64,000 bases of DNA, taken from positions 7,874,001 to 7,938,000 of the forward strand of contig OZ024765.1 in NCBI GenBank assembly GCA_964016885.1, given 5' to 3'. Both the position numbers and the translations under genes were made by a program. This document shows positions 41,932 through 54,107 of the stretch, piece after piece (position 1 is the stretch's first letter; every line of letters starts with the position of its first letter). The notes below the pieces were generated by a model. That model was not told the origin of the DNA. It saw only the letters and a program-made list of their open reading frames with translations, and ran no database searches. This stretch comes from Eledone cirrhosa. Its lineage: Eukaryota.

Positions 41932-42969
41932 TTCGTTATAACATGCTTATAATATTGGTTGTATCATATTTACTTGTATATATGTCCATATTATTGTTCG
42001 TTTTCTGTTAGATTATTGTATTAGACTATTTGTATGTAATATTTAATTTTTATTAATTCAACTATAACAATTATTATGTAAAATATATTTATTTAATATT
42101 GATTGTTTTTTTGTAGTTGTTTATATTAAAAGTCTGAAAATATTTTTATACATCTTATAAGATCATTTATAAAATCTAATTACATTACAACGATAATTTA
42201 TTATTAATATATATCATGTTTAACTAGAGTTATTTTACCTTAAAAAAAATGAATTTATAATATAGAATTCGGTTTAAGTGCATTTCGTATTAATCATTAC
42301 TAAACATCTAATATGAGATATTGAACATTAGCTTAAATAATTATCGTGTCATCGTGAGTTCGTTATGAGTCTCTTTTTTTATAAAAGGATACCACAGTGT
42401 GTACGATAGATAATGATTACAATATTTTTGAGCAACAACTCTAGTCCCACACTTTTGAAGGTTTATTATAACATTCTATGGTTTATTTTGTATATCTAGA
42501 CTAAAATAACCAATATCCAATGTGTACTTCATTTAATAAGGTGATGGGGGTGAAATTTGACTGTTATTTCTAGCACGTTTAGACCCCTGTATAGCCATCC
42601 TACATGATACATATTATTAGTTATTTTGATAGCTAACGTAAATTATTTTGTTATTTACCATGGGTTGGATACAATTCGAGATGTTTCTGAATGTATCTAA
42701 ATATCGCAGGATATTATTTTTGATATGACACCGATATCGTTCAGTAGAGGGAAATATTTTCAACGTAACCAGGCACATGTTTTCTTTTATAATTAGGTTT
42801 AATCCAGTTATGTTAACAGAGTCCCAGGATATCTAAGACAGGAAACTGTATTATAATATATTATAATTACATCTAATCTAATTATATCGTGTAAACAGAG
42901 TCCCAGGATATCAAAGACAAGAAACTGTATTATAATATATTATAATTAGAGATAATCTCGGAAATTACT

Positions 42970-44355
42970 ATGGAGGATGTTAAACACTTGGACATTTCTA
43001 ACACAACTTTGTTTAACAATATAGATACAATTACACAGACATACAGTGGTGAGAAACCTTTATCTAATGAAACGTTTACTGAACAAACATCGTTACATGG
43101 ACATATTACTGAATATTGTTGTGTGATTTGTAAGAAAACTTTCTCTTCAGAAGATGAACTCATCACACACAAGAGTGAGAAACCTTACCACTGTGAAATA
43201 TGTGGGAAATGTTTTGTTTTTAATTCGCTGCTGGTTATCCACAGACGTACACACACTGGAGAGAAACCTTACCATTGTGAGATATGTGGGAAATCTTTTG
43301 CCCATAATGGACATTTAAAAATACACATAAGAACACACACTGGAGAGAAACCTTACCACTGTGAAATATGTGGGAAATCTTTTGTTTCTAATACAATGCT
43401 TGTTATCCACAGACGTACACACACTGGAGAGAAACCTTACCATTGTGAAATATGTGAGGAATCTTTTGCCCGTAATGATGATTTAAAAATACACATAAGA
43501 ACACACACTGGAGAGAAACCTTACCACTGTGAGATATGTGGCAAATCTTTTTACAGTAATGCTCATTTAAAAATGCACATAAGAACACACACTGGAGATA
43601 AACCTTATCACTGTGAGATATGTGGCAAATCTTTTGCCAGTAATGGTCATGTAAAAATACACACAAGAACACACACTGGAGAGAAACCTTACCACTGTGG
43701 GATTTGTCGGAAATCTTTTACCAGTAATCCTAATTTAAAAATACACATAAGAACACACACTGGAGAGAAACGTAACCACTGTGAGATATGTGGCAAATCT
43801 TTTGGCAGTAATGGTCATTTAAAAATACACATAAGGAAACACACAGGAGCGGAACCTTACCACTGTGAGATATGTGGGAAATCTTTTGTTTTTAATTCAA
43901 TGCTTGTTATCCACATAAGAACACACACTGGAGAGAAACCTTTCCACTGTGAGATATGTGGCAAATCTTTTGCCACTAATAATAATTTAAAATTGCACAT
44001 AAGAACACACACTGGTGAGAAACCTTACCACTGTGAGATATGTGGCAAATCTTTTGCCCGTAATGGTCATTTTAAAATACACATAAGAACACACACTGGA
44101 GAGGAACTTTACCACTGTGAGATATGTGGCAAATCTTTTGCCAGTAATGGTCATTTTAAAATACACATACGAACACACACTGGAGAAGAACCTTACCACT
44201 GTGAGATATGTGGTAAATCTTTTGGCAGTAATGGTAATTTAACACAACACGAAAGAACACACACTAGACAGGAACCTTACCACTGTGAGATATGTGGCAA
44301 ATCTTTTGGTAGGAGTTCTTCTTTAACAAGACACAAAAGAACACACACTGGATAA
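42970..44355 (+). CDS. ZNF8: intact poly-C2H2 protein, 14 canonical fingers
   Basis: 461-aa ORF ending [14 protein letters not shown]; AATAAA ~30 nt downstream; first atypical finger lacks KETH. Confidence 0.92.
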   Translation: MEDVKHLDISNTTLFNNIDTITQTYSGEKPLSNETFTEQTSLHGHITEYCCVICKKTFSSEDELITHKSEKPYHCEICGKCFVFNSLLVIHRRTHTGEKPYHCEICGKSFAHNGHLKIHIRTHTGEKPYHCEICGKSFVSNTMLVIHRRTHTGEKPYHCEICEESFARNDDLKIHIRTHTGEKPYHCEICGKSFYSNAHLKMHIRTHTGDKPYHCEICGKSFASNGHVKIHTRTHTGEKPYHCGICRKSFTSNPNLKIHIRTHTGEKRNHCEICGKSFGSNGHLKIHIRKHTGAEPYHCEICGKSFVFNSMLVIHIRTHTGEKPFHCEICGKSFATNNNLKLHIRTHTGEKPYHCEICGKSFARNGHFKIHIRTHTGEELYHCEICGKSFASNGHFKIHIRTHTGEEPYHCEICGKSFGSNGNLTQHERTHTRQEPYHCEICGKSFGRSSSLTRHKRTHTG

Positions 44356-44555
44356 ACCTTTCAGTGTTCTTAATTTTTCTGACATGAATAAAAAACCAGT
44401 GAGATATTTTAATAAATGTATTGTTTTAATAGACACCCTAATTTAGAGTAATCTTCATAATCTACATCTGTTTTATCACCTCCATATGTAAATCTCCATT
44501 GCTCCTCGACTAAACAAAGAGCTATGTCAGAGCTGTTTAGTGTTGGTTGTTTCGT

Positions 44556-44930
44556 TGTGAAACATGAGAAATCTTTTGTTAGTAAATCACATCTCGTTGT
44601 ACACAAGCATATTCATACTGGAGAGAAACCATTCCCCTGTGAAATATGTGGCAAATGTTTTTCTACTAACTGTTATTTAACACAACACAATAGAACACAC
44701 ACTGCAGAGAAACCATTCTGTTGTAAAATATGTGGTAAATTATTTTCCAGTAGCTGTAGTTTAAGACACCACAAAAGAACATACATTGCAGAAAAACCCG
44801 AACAATGTGAAATATGTGGTAAATCTTTTTCTCTGAAGGCTAATTTAAGTACTCACAGAAGAACACACTGTGGTCAGAATATGTGGGAAAACGTTTGCTT
44901 TCAAGTGTAACACAGGAGAACACATGCATG
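44556..44930 (+). pseudogene. Orphan C2H2 fingers downstream of the stop cassette
   Basis: ORF 44524-44910 with 3-4 recognisable fingers. Confidence 0.7.
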
Positions 44931-45521
44931 TAAATCTAAATATATTGTCTACCAACATGTACACACTGGAGGGAAGACTTTAAACTGGGAACCTTGAGAT
45001 ATAGTTCTTATGTATATCTAAATATATTGTCTCCAAACATGTACACATTGGAGGGAAGACTTTAAACTGGGAACCTTGAGATATAGTTCTTATGTATATC
45101 TAAATATATTGTCTCCAAACATGTACACATTGGAGGGAAGACTTTAAACTGGGAACCTTGAGATATAGTTCTTATGTAAATCTAAATATATTGTCTACCA
45201 ACATGTACACATTGGAGAATATTTAGAGTGAAATATGTTAGAAATCATTCTCTGTTAATTCTCATCTGAGAGAAACCCTTTCACTAAAATATTAGGGAAT
45301 TCCTTATTTGTGGTATATAAACTTGTTGATAAATGTATACACACTGGACAAATACATGTATATATCATTATGAAATCATTCTGTGTGAAATAAGTCTACA
45401 CTTGCAGTCCTCACCTAAATACAGACTTGTGAGAAATATAACTACATCAATATGAAATTTGTGACGAAATAATCATTTTTGTATGTAAATTGAAATACAA
45501 TTTTATAAAGATATTAAAATT

Positions 45522-46566
45522 GTAAATTGTATTCATAGTTGTATATATAACATTACAAATTGTCCACAATTCTTTCAGAATGAAATTATATATTTGTGTG
45601 AAAATAACATTACAAATCGTTTGCAATTCTTTCAGAATGAAAATATAAACGGAGTATATAAATAACTTTACAGTAGAATAACATAAATATGTTTTAAATA
45701 TATACATAATTAATATTACAAATGCTTAGACAACATTATGAATTGCTCGCGACTCATTCAGAAAGATATATTCTTTTAATGTTACAATATTAAAGAAAAT
45801 GTAAAGGAAGGGGTGAACAACTGAGCCACCACCAGAGCAAAAGACAGCAGCAAGGAGTACCGGGCAACCCCTCTAATGATTTTTGAGGCAAGCCAACACA
45901 CTCGCAGCATTGCCTCGGGTGATGGGGAGGCTAATGCGCTGGAATAGCCAAGCGCCCTCGCAAGATTTTCCAGTGAAGAGAGGAACCTCGTAGTCAGCGG
46001 CCCGACTCCCCCAAATGTCTCGAAAGCCACAGGCTGAAAAGTGTAGCTGGCTGACAGATCAGCATATTTGAGGGTCTTACTCCGCTCAGCTGTGGAAGCT
46101 GTGGCTCTCGTCCTAAACGCAGTATCCAGACAAGGCACCTGCCTTTCAACCAGGGGCACAGGGTAAGGCCCTCAGGTCTTTTGCCATCACTTCTGGATAA
46201 CTCAGATGGATCCAAGACTGAGGGGATGTTCGCCCAGACCAAAGCTCTCTTCAGAATGAGGTTTAGCTCCGTGTGACCCGCTGAGTAGGCCATGGGTATG
46301 GCATCAACCCAGTCGCCTGAGTATTTGTCGCTGGCAGATAGTAAGCGGCACCTTGCAAACTGATCTGACAGTTATGATGTCCCAAGTTCTCTGACTTCAA
46401 CTATCTTCCACCTTCTCAGGAAGAGACAACCCCAGCTCACTCCATTGCTGGAGAGCTTCACCCAACTCCCTGATGGAACTAGTCCATGTTGGAGAGGAGA
46501 GGATGCTGCTCACCAGGGTGGTGCAAGTGTGGGTGGAGGAAAGGAAGCAGGGGAGAGAGAGGGACG
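45522..46566 (-). mobile_element. CRE-like RLE retrotransposon fragment, copy 6 (divergent, different internal deletions)
   Basis: Retains DQFARCRLLSASDKYSGDWVDAIPMAYS; lacks the zinc knuckle and most of WDITVCDCFALSH. Confidence 0.85.
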
Positions 46567-46899
46567 ATATTTTTTGTTTCAAAATCTGTTCACAATTGAA
46601 AACACTTTATAACAAAATATTGTTTAATTTATCTTTCTCTCTGTAAAAAACTTTTCACTGTTTTTCTGACATGAATAAAACCAGCGACATGTAGACACTG
46701 GAGAAAAGACTTTAAACTGTGAACCTTGAGAAATCATTCTTGTGTAAATCTAAATATATTGTCTACCAAGATGTACACACTGCAGAGAAACCTTACCACC
46801 GTGAAATATGTGGGAAATCTTGTGTTAGTAATTTGAATTTTATTGCGCACCAGCGTATACATACCGGAGAGAAACCGTGCCCCTGTCAAATATGTGAAA

Positions 46900-47108
46900 T
46901 ATCTTGGTGATAAAGGGGGACAACTGTGACTTGGTAGCCAGCTTCCGGGTAATGGTCAGGCGAGGTTTAGGGACTCACCAACGTTACTTTTTTTAACCTT
47001 AGGAGAAACATGGACATTCAGCAACATGTATGTGAACATTGATGCAATTGTCCATAGTCCCTGACCCTCAGCAGTGAAGGTGGGATCTCTCATCATCATC
47101 ATCATCAT
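46900..47108 (+). mobile_element. Retroposon-like 3' end with (ATC)n tail (partial)
   Basis: Homolog of 681-884. Confidence 0.5.
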
Positions 47109-47795
47109 GTAATGATATCACCCAGGAACTATTTTAAATATATTTAACGTAAAGTAAGGCTAATACTTCAAATTTAAACATAATCACAGAGAAAAACAAA
47201 GAAAGAAATTGATTAATTATCGATCTCATTACCTAATTGGTTATTGCCAATGTTCCAGATTCTGTTAAAAAGACATTCCAACCATGACCATCAGGTATAT
47301 TTTGTATATCTAAACTAAAATGACCATTATCCAATGTGTACTTCATTTAATAAGATGGTCGGGGGTGAAATTTGAGGAGTCATTTGACTTATTTCAAGCA
47401 CGTTTAGACCCCTGTATAGGCATCCTACATATTACGTATTAGTAGTTATTTTTATAGCTAACGTAAATTATTTTGTTATTTACCATGGGTTGGATACAAT
47501 TCGAGATGTTTCTGAATGTATCAAAATATCGCAGGATATTATTTTGATATGACACCGGTATCGTTCGGTCGAGGGGAAATATTTTTCATGTAACCAGGCA
47601 CATGTTTTCTTTTATAATTAGGTTTAATCCAGTTATGTTAACAGAGTCCCAGGATATCTAAGACAAGAAACTGAACTATAATATATTATAATTACATCTA
47701 ATATAATTATATCGTGTAAAAAGAGTCCCAGGATATCTCAGACAAGAAACTGTATTATAATATATTATAATCAGAAATAATTCTCGGAAATTACT

Positions 47796-49349
47796 ATGGA
47801 GGATGTTAAACAGTTGGACATTTCTAACACAACTGTGTTTAATAATATAGATACAGTTACACAGACATACAGTGGTGAGAAACCTTTATCTAATGAAACG
47901 TTTACTGAACAAACATCATCACATGGAAATATTCCTGAATATTGTTGTGAGATTTGTAAGAAAACTTTCTCTTCAGAAGATGAAGTCATCACACACAAGA
48001 GAGAGAAACCCTACCACTGTGAAATATGTGCGAAATGTTTTGCCAGTAAGAATTATTTAACGCAACACGAAAGAACACACACTGGAGAGAAACCTTACCA
48101 CTGTCAGACATGTGGCAAATCTTTTGCCCGTAATGATGATTTAAAAATACACATAAGAACACACACTGGAGAGAAACCTTACCACTGTCAAATGTGTGGC
48201 AAATCTTTTGCCAGTAAAAAATATTTAACACGACACAAAAGAACTCATACTGGAGAGAAACCTTACCACTGTGAGATATGTGGCAAATCTTTTGCCAGTA
48301 ATGGTCATGTAAAAATACACGTAAGAACACACACTGGAGAGAAACCTTACCACTGTGAGATATGTGGCAAATCTTTTGCCAATAATGGTGATTTAAAAAT
48401 ACACATAAGAACACACACTGGAGAGAAACCTTACCACTGTGAGATATGTCGGAAAACTTTTGCCAGTAATGGTCATTTAAAAATACACATAAGAACACAC
48501 ACTGGAGAGAAACCTAACCACTGTGAGATATGTGGCAAATCTTTTGGCAGTAATGGTCATTTAAAAATACACATAGGGACACACACAGGAGCGGAACCTT
48601 ACCACTGTGAGATATGTGGCAAATCTTTTGTTTTTAATTCAATGCTTGTTATCCACAGACGTACACACACTGGAGAAAAACCTTACCACTGTGAGATATG
48701 TGGAAAATCTTTTGCCAGTAAGAATTATTTAACATCTCACAAAAGAACACACACTGGAGAGGATCTATTTTATTGTGAGATATGTGGGAAATCTTTTATA
48801 AATAATTCAAAACTTGTTATCCACAGACGTACACACACTGGAGAAAAACCTTACCACTGTGAGATATGTGGAAAATCTTTTGCCAGTAAGAATTATTTAA
48901 CATCTCATAATAGAACACACACTGGAGAGGATCTATTTTATTGTGAGATATGTGGGAAATCGTTAATAAATAATTCAAAACTTGTTATCCACATAAGAAC
49001 ACACACTGGAGAGGAACCTTACCACTGTGAGATATGTGGAAAATCTTTTGCCAGTAATGATAATTTAAAATTGCACATAAGAACACACACTGGTGAGAAA
49101 CCTTACCAATGTGAGATATGTGGCAAATCTTTTGGCCGTAATGATAATTTAAAAATACACATAAGAACACACACTGGAGAGGAACCTTACCACTGTGAGA
49201 TATGTGGCAAATCCTTTGGTAGTAATGATAATTTAAAAATACACATAAGAACACACACTGGAGAGGAACCTTACGACTGTGAGATATGTGGCAAATATTT
49301 TCGTAGGAGTTCTTCTTTAACAAGACACAAAAGAACACACACTGGATAA
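47796..49349 (+). CDS. ZNF9: intact poly-C2H2 protein, 16 canonical fingers
   Basis: 517-aa ORF ending [14 protein letters not shown]. Confidence 0.92.
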   Translation: MEDVKQLDISNTTVFNNIDTVTQTYSGEKPLSNETFTEQTSSHGNIPEYCCEICKKTFSSEDEVITHKREKPYHCEICAKCFASKNYLTQHERTHTGEKPYHCQTCGKSFARNDDLKIHIRTHTGEKPYHCQMCGKSFASKKYLTRHKRTHTGEKPYHCEICGKSFASNGHVKIHVRTHTGEKPYHCEICGKSFANNGDLKIHIRTHTGEKPYHCEICRKTFASNGHLKIHIRTHTGEKPNHCEICGKSFGSNGHLKIHIGTHTGAEPYHCEICGKSFVFNSMLVIHRRTHTGEKPYHCEICGKSFASKNYLTSHKRTHTGEDLFYCEICGKSFINNSKLVIHRRTHTGEKPYHCEICGKSFASKNYLTSHNRTHTGEDLFYCEICGKSLINNSKLVIHIRTHTGEEPYHCEICGKSFASNDNLKLHIRTHTGEKPYQCEICGKSFGRNDNLKIHIRTHTGEEPYHCEICGKSFGSNDNLKIHIRTHTGEEPYDCEICGKYFRRSSSLTRHKRTHTG

Positions 49350-49449
49350 ACCTTACAGTGTTCTTTATTTTTCTGACATGAATAAAAAACCAGTGAGATA
49401 TTTTAATAAATGTATTGTTTTAATAGACACCCTAATTGAGATTAATCTT

Positions 49450-49897
49450 TTAATTATATATTAGTGTACAGATATTTTTGCATACACAAAAACAAAATCT
49501 AAAGAAACGTATTTATTTCACAAAAGCACAGACGGCTTTACTATAAGATTTTATGTCTTTGGGAAAAGACTTTGATCCATTTTAAGATGCAACTCTGATT
49601 TTTAGCAAATGTTAATGACGTAAAGGAGAAGATTGCAGCATGTAACATATTTATAGAGATTTCCAAATGATGCATTATAATATTCTTACTTTTAGAAACA
49701 ATATATCTCGCTACTTTTACCTTCTTACATTGCCTTACACGACTTTCTCTTTAATATCGCTTTGTTCTTCAATAGGAACAAAATGAAAAAGCACATGACA
49801 ACAACCGAAGCAATAGCTTCTATGTTTGCACTAACTCATGATACAAACATGCCAATCTATGTTTAGAATCCCGAGCAACGCCGGGTCATTCTACTAG
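49450..49897 (+). mobile_element. Helitron 3' terminal segment
   Basis: GC-rich hairpin CCCGAGCAACGCCGGG (49870-49885), then CTAG (49894-49897), then T of the gtata|tctagac site of the ZNF upstream region. Confidence 0.75.
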
Positions 49898-50161
49898 TCT
49901 AGACTAAAATAACCAATATCTAATGTGTACTTCATTTAATAATATGATGGGAGTGAAATTTCAGACCCCTGTATAGCCATCCTACATGATACATATTATT
50001 AGTTATTTTGATAGCTAATGTAAATTAGTTTGTTATTTACCATGGGTCGGATACAATTCAAGATGTTTCTGAATGTACAAAAATATCGCAGGATATTATT
50101 TTGATATGACACCGGTATCGTTCAGAGGAAGGAAATATTTTCAACGTAACCAGGCACGTTA

Positions 50162-50305
50162 TCTATATATAAAACTGAGGATGTCTGTCTGTGTGTATGT
50201 GCGAGTTTGAATCCCTAAGACTTGAGAAGTACCCAACCAATTTTTTTCAAACATTACATGTGTATTACTTATGTTTCAGGGAGTGTTATGCATATAAAAA
50301 ACTAT
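50162..50305 (+). mobile_element. Helitron 5' terminal segment
   Basis: A|TCTATATATAAAACTGAGGATGTCTGTCTGTGTG; homologous to the reverse complement of ~140-266. Confidence 0.75.
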
Positions 50306-51230
50306 GAAAGAACACACACTGGAGAGAAACCTTTCCACTGTGAGATATGTGGCAAATCTTTTGCCAGTAAGAATTATTTAACACCTCACAAAAGAACACA
50401 GAGGGGAAGATCTATTTAATTGTGAGATATGTGGAAATTCTTTTAGAAATAATTCAAAACTTGTTATCCACAGACATAGACACACTGGATAGAAACCTTT
50501 TCACTGTGAAATATGTGGAAAATCGTTGCCAGAAAGAATTGTTTAATGAGACACAAAAGAACACACTGGAGAGGAAACCTTACCACTGAGATATGTGGCA
50601 AATCTTTTCTTAGGAGTTCTTCTCTAACAAGACACACTGGATAAACCGTTCAGACATGAATAAAAAACCAGAGAGATATTTTAATAAATGTATTGTTTTA
50701 ATAGATACTCTAATTTAGAATAATCTTCATAATCTACATCTGTTTTATCAACACCATATGTAAACCTCCATTGCCCCCCAACTAAACAAAGAGCTATCCC
50801 AGAGCTGTTTAGTGATGCTTGTTTCGTTGTGAAACATGAGAAATCTTCTGTTAGTAAATCACATCTCATTGTACACGAGCGTATTCATACTGGAGAGAAA
50901 CCATTCCCCTGTGAAATATGTGGCAAATGTTTTTCTACTAACTGTTATTTAACACAACACAATAGAACATACACTGCAGAGAAACCATTCCATTGTGAAA
51001 CATGTGGAAAATTATTTTCCACTAGCTGTAGTTTAAGACACCACAAAAGAACACACATTGAAGAAAAACCTTAACATTGTCAAATATGTGGTAAATCTTT
51101 TTCTGAGAAGGCTAATTTAAGTACTCACAGAAGAACACACTCTGGTCAGAAACCCTTACATTGTGAAATATGTGGGAAAACTTTTGCTTTCAAATGTAAC
51201 TTAGGTAAACACAGGAGAACACATGCATGT
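50306..51230 (+). pseudogene. Headless ZNF pseudogene fused to the Helitron 5' end, plus orphan fingers
   Basis: About 4 frameshifted fingers to ~50645, stop cassette, then ORF 50829-51074. Confidence 0.8.
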
Positions 51231-52102
51231 AAATCTAAATGTATTGTCTACCAAGATATACACACTGGAGGGATGACTTTAAACTGGGAACTTTGAGAAA
51301 TATTTCTTGTGTAAATCTAAATGTATTGTCTACCAAGTTGTACACACTGGAGGGAAGACTTTAAACTGGGAACTTTGAGAAGTATTTCTTGTGTAAATCT
51401 AAATGTATTGTCTACCAAGATGTACACACTGGAGGGAAGACTTTAAACTGGGAACCTTGAGAAAATCTAAATATATTCTCTACCAACATGTACACATTGG
51501 AGAATATGTTAGAAATCATTCTCTGTTGACTCTCATCTTGTAGTCTACAAATGTGTTCTCATCTGAGAGAAACCCTTTCACTAAAATATTAGGGAAATCC
51601 TTAATTGTGGTATATAAACTTGTTGATAAATGTATACACACTGGACAAATACATTTATATATCATCGTGAAATATATGGGGAATCATTCTGTGTGAAATA
51701 AGTCTACACTTGCAGTCCTCACCTAAATACAGACTTGTGAGAAATAAAACTACATCAATATGAAATGTGTGACGAAATAATCACTTTTCTATGTAAATTG
51801 AAATACAATTTTATAAAGATATTAAAATTGTTTTATTGGAAATCTTGAAATTATATTTTTTGTATCAAAATCTGTTCACAATTGAAAAGATTTTATAACA
51901 AAACATTGTTTAATAAATTTACCTTTCTCTCTCTAAATAAATTTTTCTGACATGAATAAAACCAGCGACATATTTTAATAAAGGTCTTGTTTTAATAGTC
52001 ACCCTAATTTAGAGTAAACTTCATAATCTACATCTGTTTTATCAACACCATTGCCCCCCAACTAAACAAAGAGCTATCCCAGAACTGTTTAGTCTTGGTT
52101 GT

Positions 52103-52404
52103 CGGGCTGTCTAGAATAAGGGTCACTCTGATATCAAAACCTGGATAGATGAGGCTCCTTTGTCACTTAGGTGACAACCTTTCAAATAACCAACAACTTT
52201 ATCTTTGTGATGAAGGGGGAAACTGTGACTTGGTAGCCAGCTTCTGGGTAATGGTCAGGCGAGGATTAGGGACTCACCAACGTTACTTTTTTTAATCTGA
52301 GGAGAAACATGGACATTCAGCAACATGTAGGTGAACATTGATGCAATTGTCCATAGTCCCTGACCCTCAGCAGTGAGGGTGGGATCTATCTTCATCATCA
52401 TCAT
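52103..52404 (+). mobile_element. Retroposon-like 3' end with (ATC)n tail
   Basis: Homolog of 585-884. Confidence 0.5.
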
Positions 52405-52461
52405 GTAATGATATCACACAGGAAGTATTTTAAATACATTTAATGAAAACATTTCTTGGTA

Positions 52462-52783
52462 ACCTGTTAGACACGCAGTGACTAACAGCAAAATGTTTTA
52501 AGTCTGCATGTTCTGACATATATGCGTAGCTTGTGAATAAAAAATTCCAGTGGTTTCGGTGGCTGTGGTTATCCCTGCCAAACATCTTTTGTAATGTATC
52601 GTCTTATTGACTAATCAACCAATGAGAGTAATTGTTGCTCAAAAGCATCTGCCACTTTGTTTGCACGTTTATTTATCGTTTCGCTTTCGAATCTTCCTCC
52701 TGTATTTTGTCTTTTATCATCAAAATATTTTTCTCGTTTTGGTAAGTTATATTGTTAATTTATATTAACTATTTTTTTTTCAG
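52462..52783 (+). promoter_or_regulatory. Putative promoter and first exon for ZNF10
   Basis: CCAAT 52619-52623; GTAAGT at 52742; acceptor at 52783. Confidence 0.45.
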
Positions 52784-54107
52784 TTCGTTATAACATGCTT
52801 ATAATATTGGTTGTATCATATTTACTTGTATATATGTCCATATTATTGTTAGTTTTATGTTAGATTATTGTATTAGACTATTAGTATGTAATATTTAATT
52901 TTTATTAATTCAACTATAGCAATTATTATGTAAAATATATTTATTTAATATTGATTGTTTTTTGTAGTTGTTTATATTAAAAGTCTGAAAATATTTTTAT
53001 ACATCTTACAATAATATTTATAAGATCATTTATAAAATCTAATTACATTACAACGATAATTTATTATTAATATATATCATGTTTAACTAGAGTTATTTTA
53101 CCTTAAAAAAAATGAATTTATAATATAGAATTCGGTTTACGTGCATTTCGTATTAATCGTTACTAAACATCTAATATGAGATATTGAACATTAGCTTAAA
53201 TAATTATCGTGTCGTCGTGAGTTCGTTATGAGTCTCTTTTTTTATAAAAGGATGCCACAGAGTGTACGATAGATAATGATTATAATATTTTTGAGCAACA
53301 ACTCTAGTCCCACACTTTTGAAGGTTTATTATAACATTCTGTGGTTCTTTTGAGCTTGTGCATTTTTCAGGTCTAGTTTAAAATGTTTAAAAAAGTGAAA
53401 TATTAGAATATTTGAGAATCTGAAAGTTATAAGAGTTACTTCTAGTTCTGATGGTGTCGTTGACTCCCTAACGTAAAGTAAGGCTAATACTCTAAATTTA
53501 AACTTAATCACAGAGAAAATCAAAGAAAGAAATTGATTAATTATCAATCTCATAACCTAATTGGTTACTGCCAATGTCCAGATTCTGTTAAAAAGACTTT
53601 CCAACCATGACCATCAGGTATATTTTGTATATCTAGACTAAAATAACCAATATCCAATGTGTACTTCATTTAATAAGATGATGGGAGGGATAATTTGACT
53701 GTTATTTCTAACACGTCCAGACAGCTGTATAGCCATACAACATAATACATATTAGTACTTATTTTGATAGCTAATGTAAATTATTTTGTTATTTACCATG
53801 GGTTGGATACAATTCAAGATGTTTCTGAATGTATTAAAATATCGCAGGATATTATTTTTGATATGACACCGGTATCGCTCAGTCGAGGGAAATATTTTCA
53901 ACGTAACCAGGCACATGTTTTCTTTTATAATTAGGTTTAATCCAGTTATGTTAACAGAGTCCCAGGATATCTAAGACAAGAAACTGTCTTATAATATATT
54001 ATAATTACATCTAATCTAATTATATCGTGTAAACAGAGTCCCAGGATATCTAGGACAAGAAACTGTATTATAATATATTATAATTAGAGATAATCTCGGA
54101 AATTACT

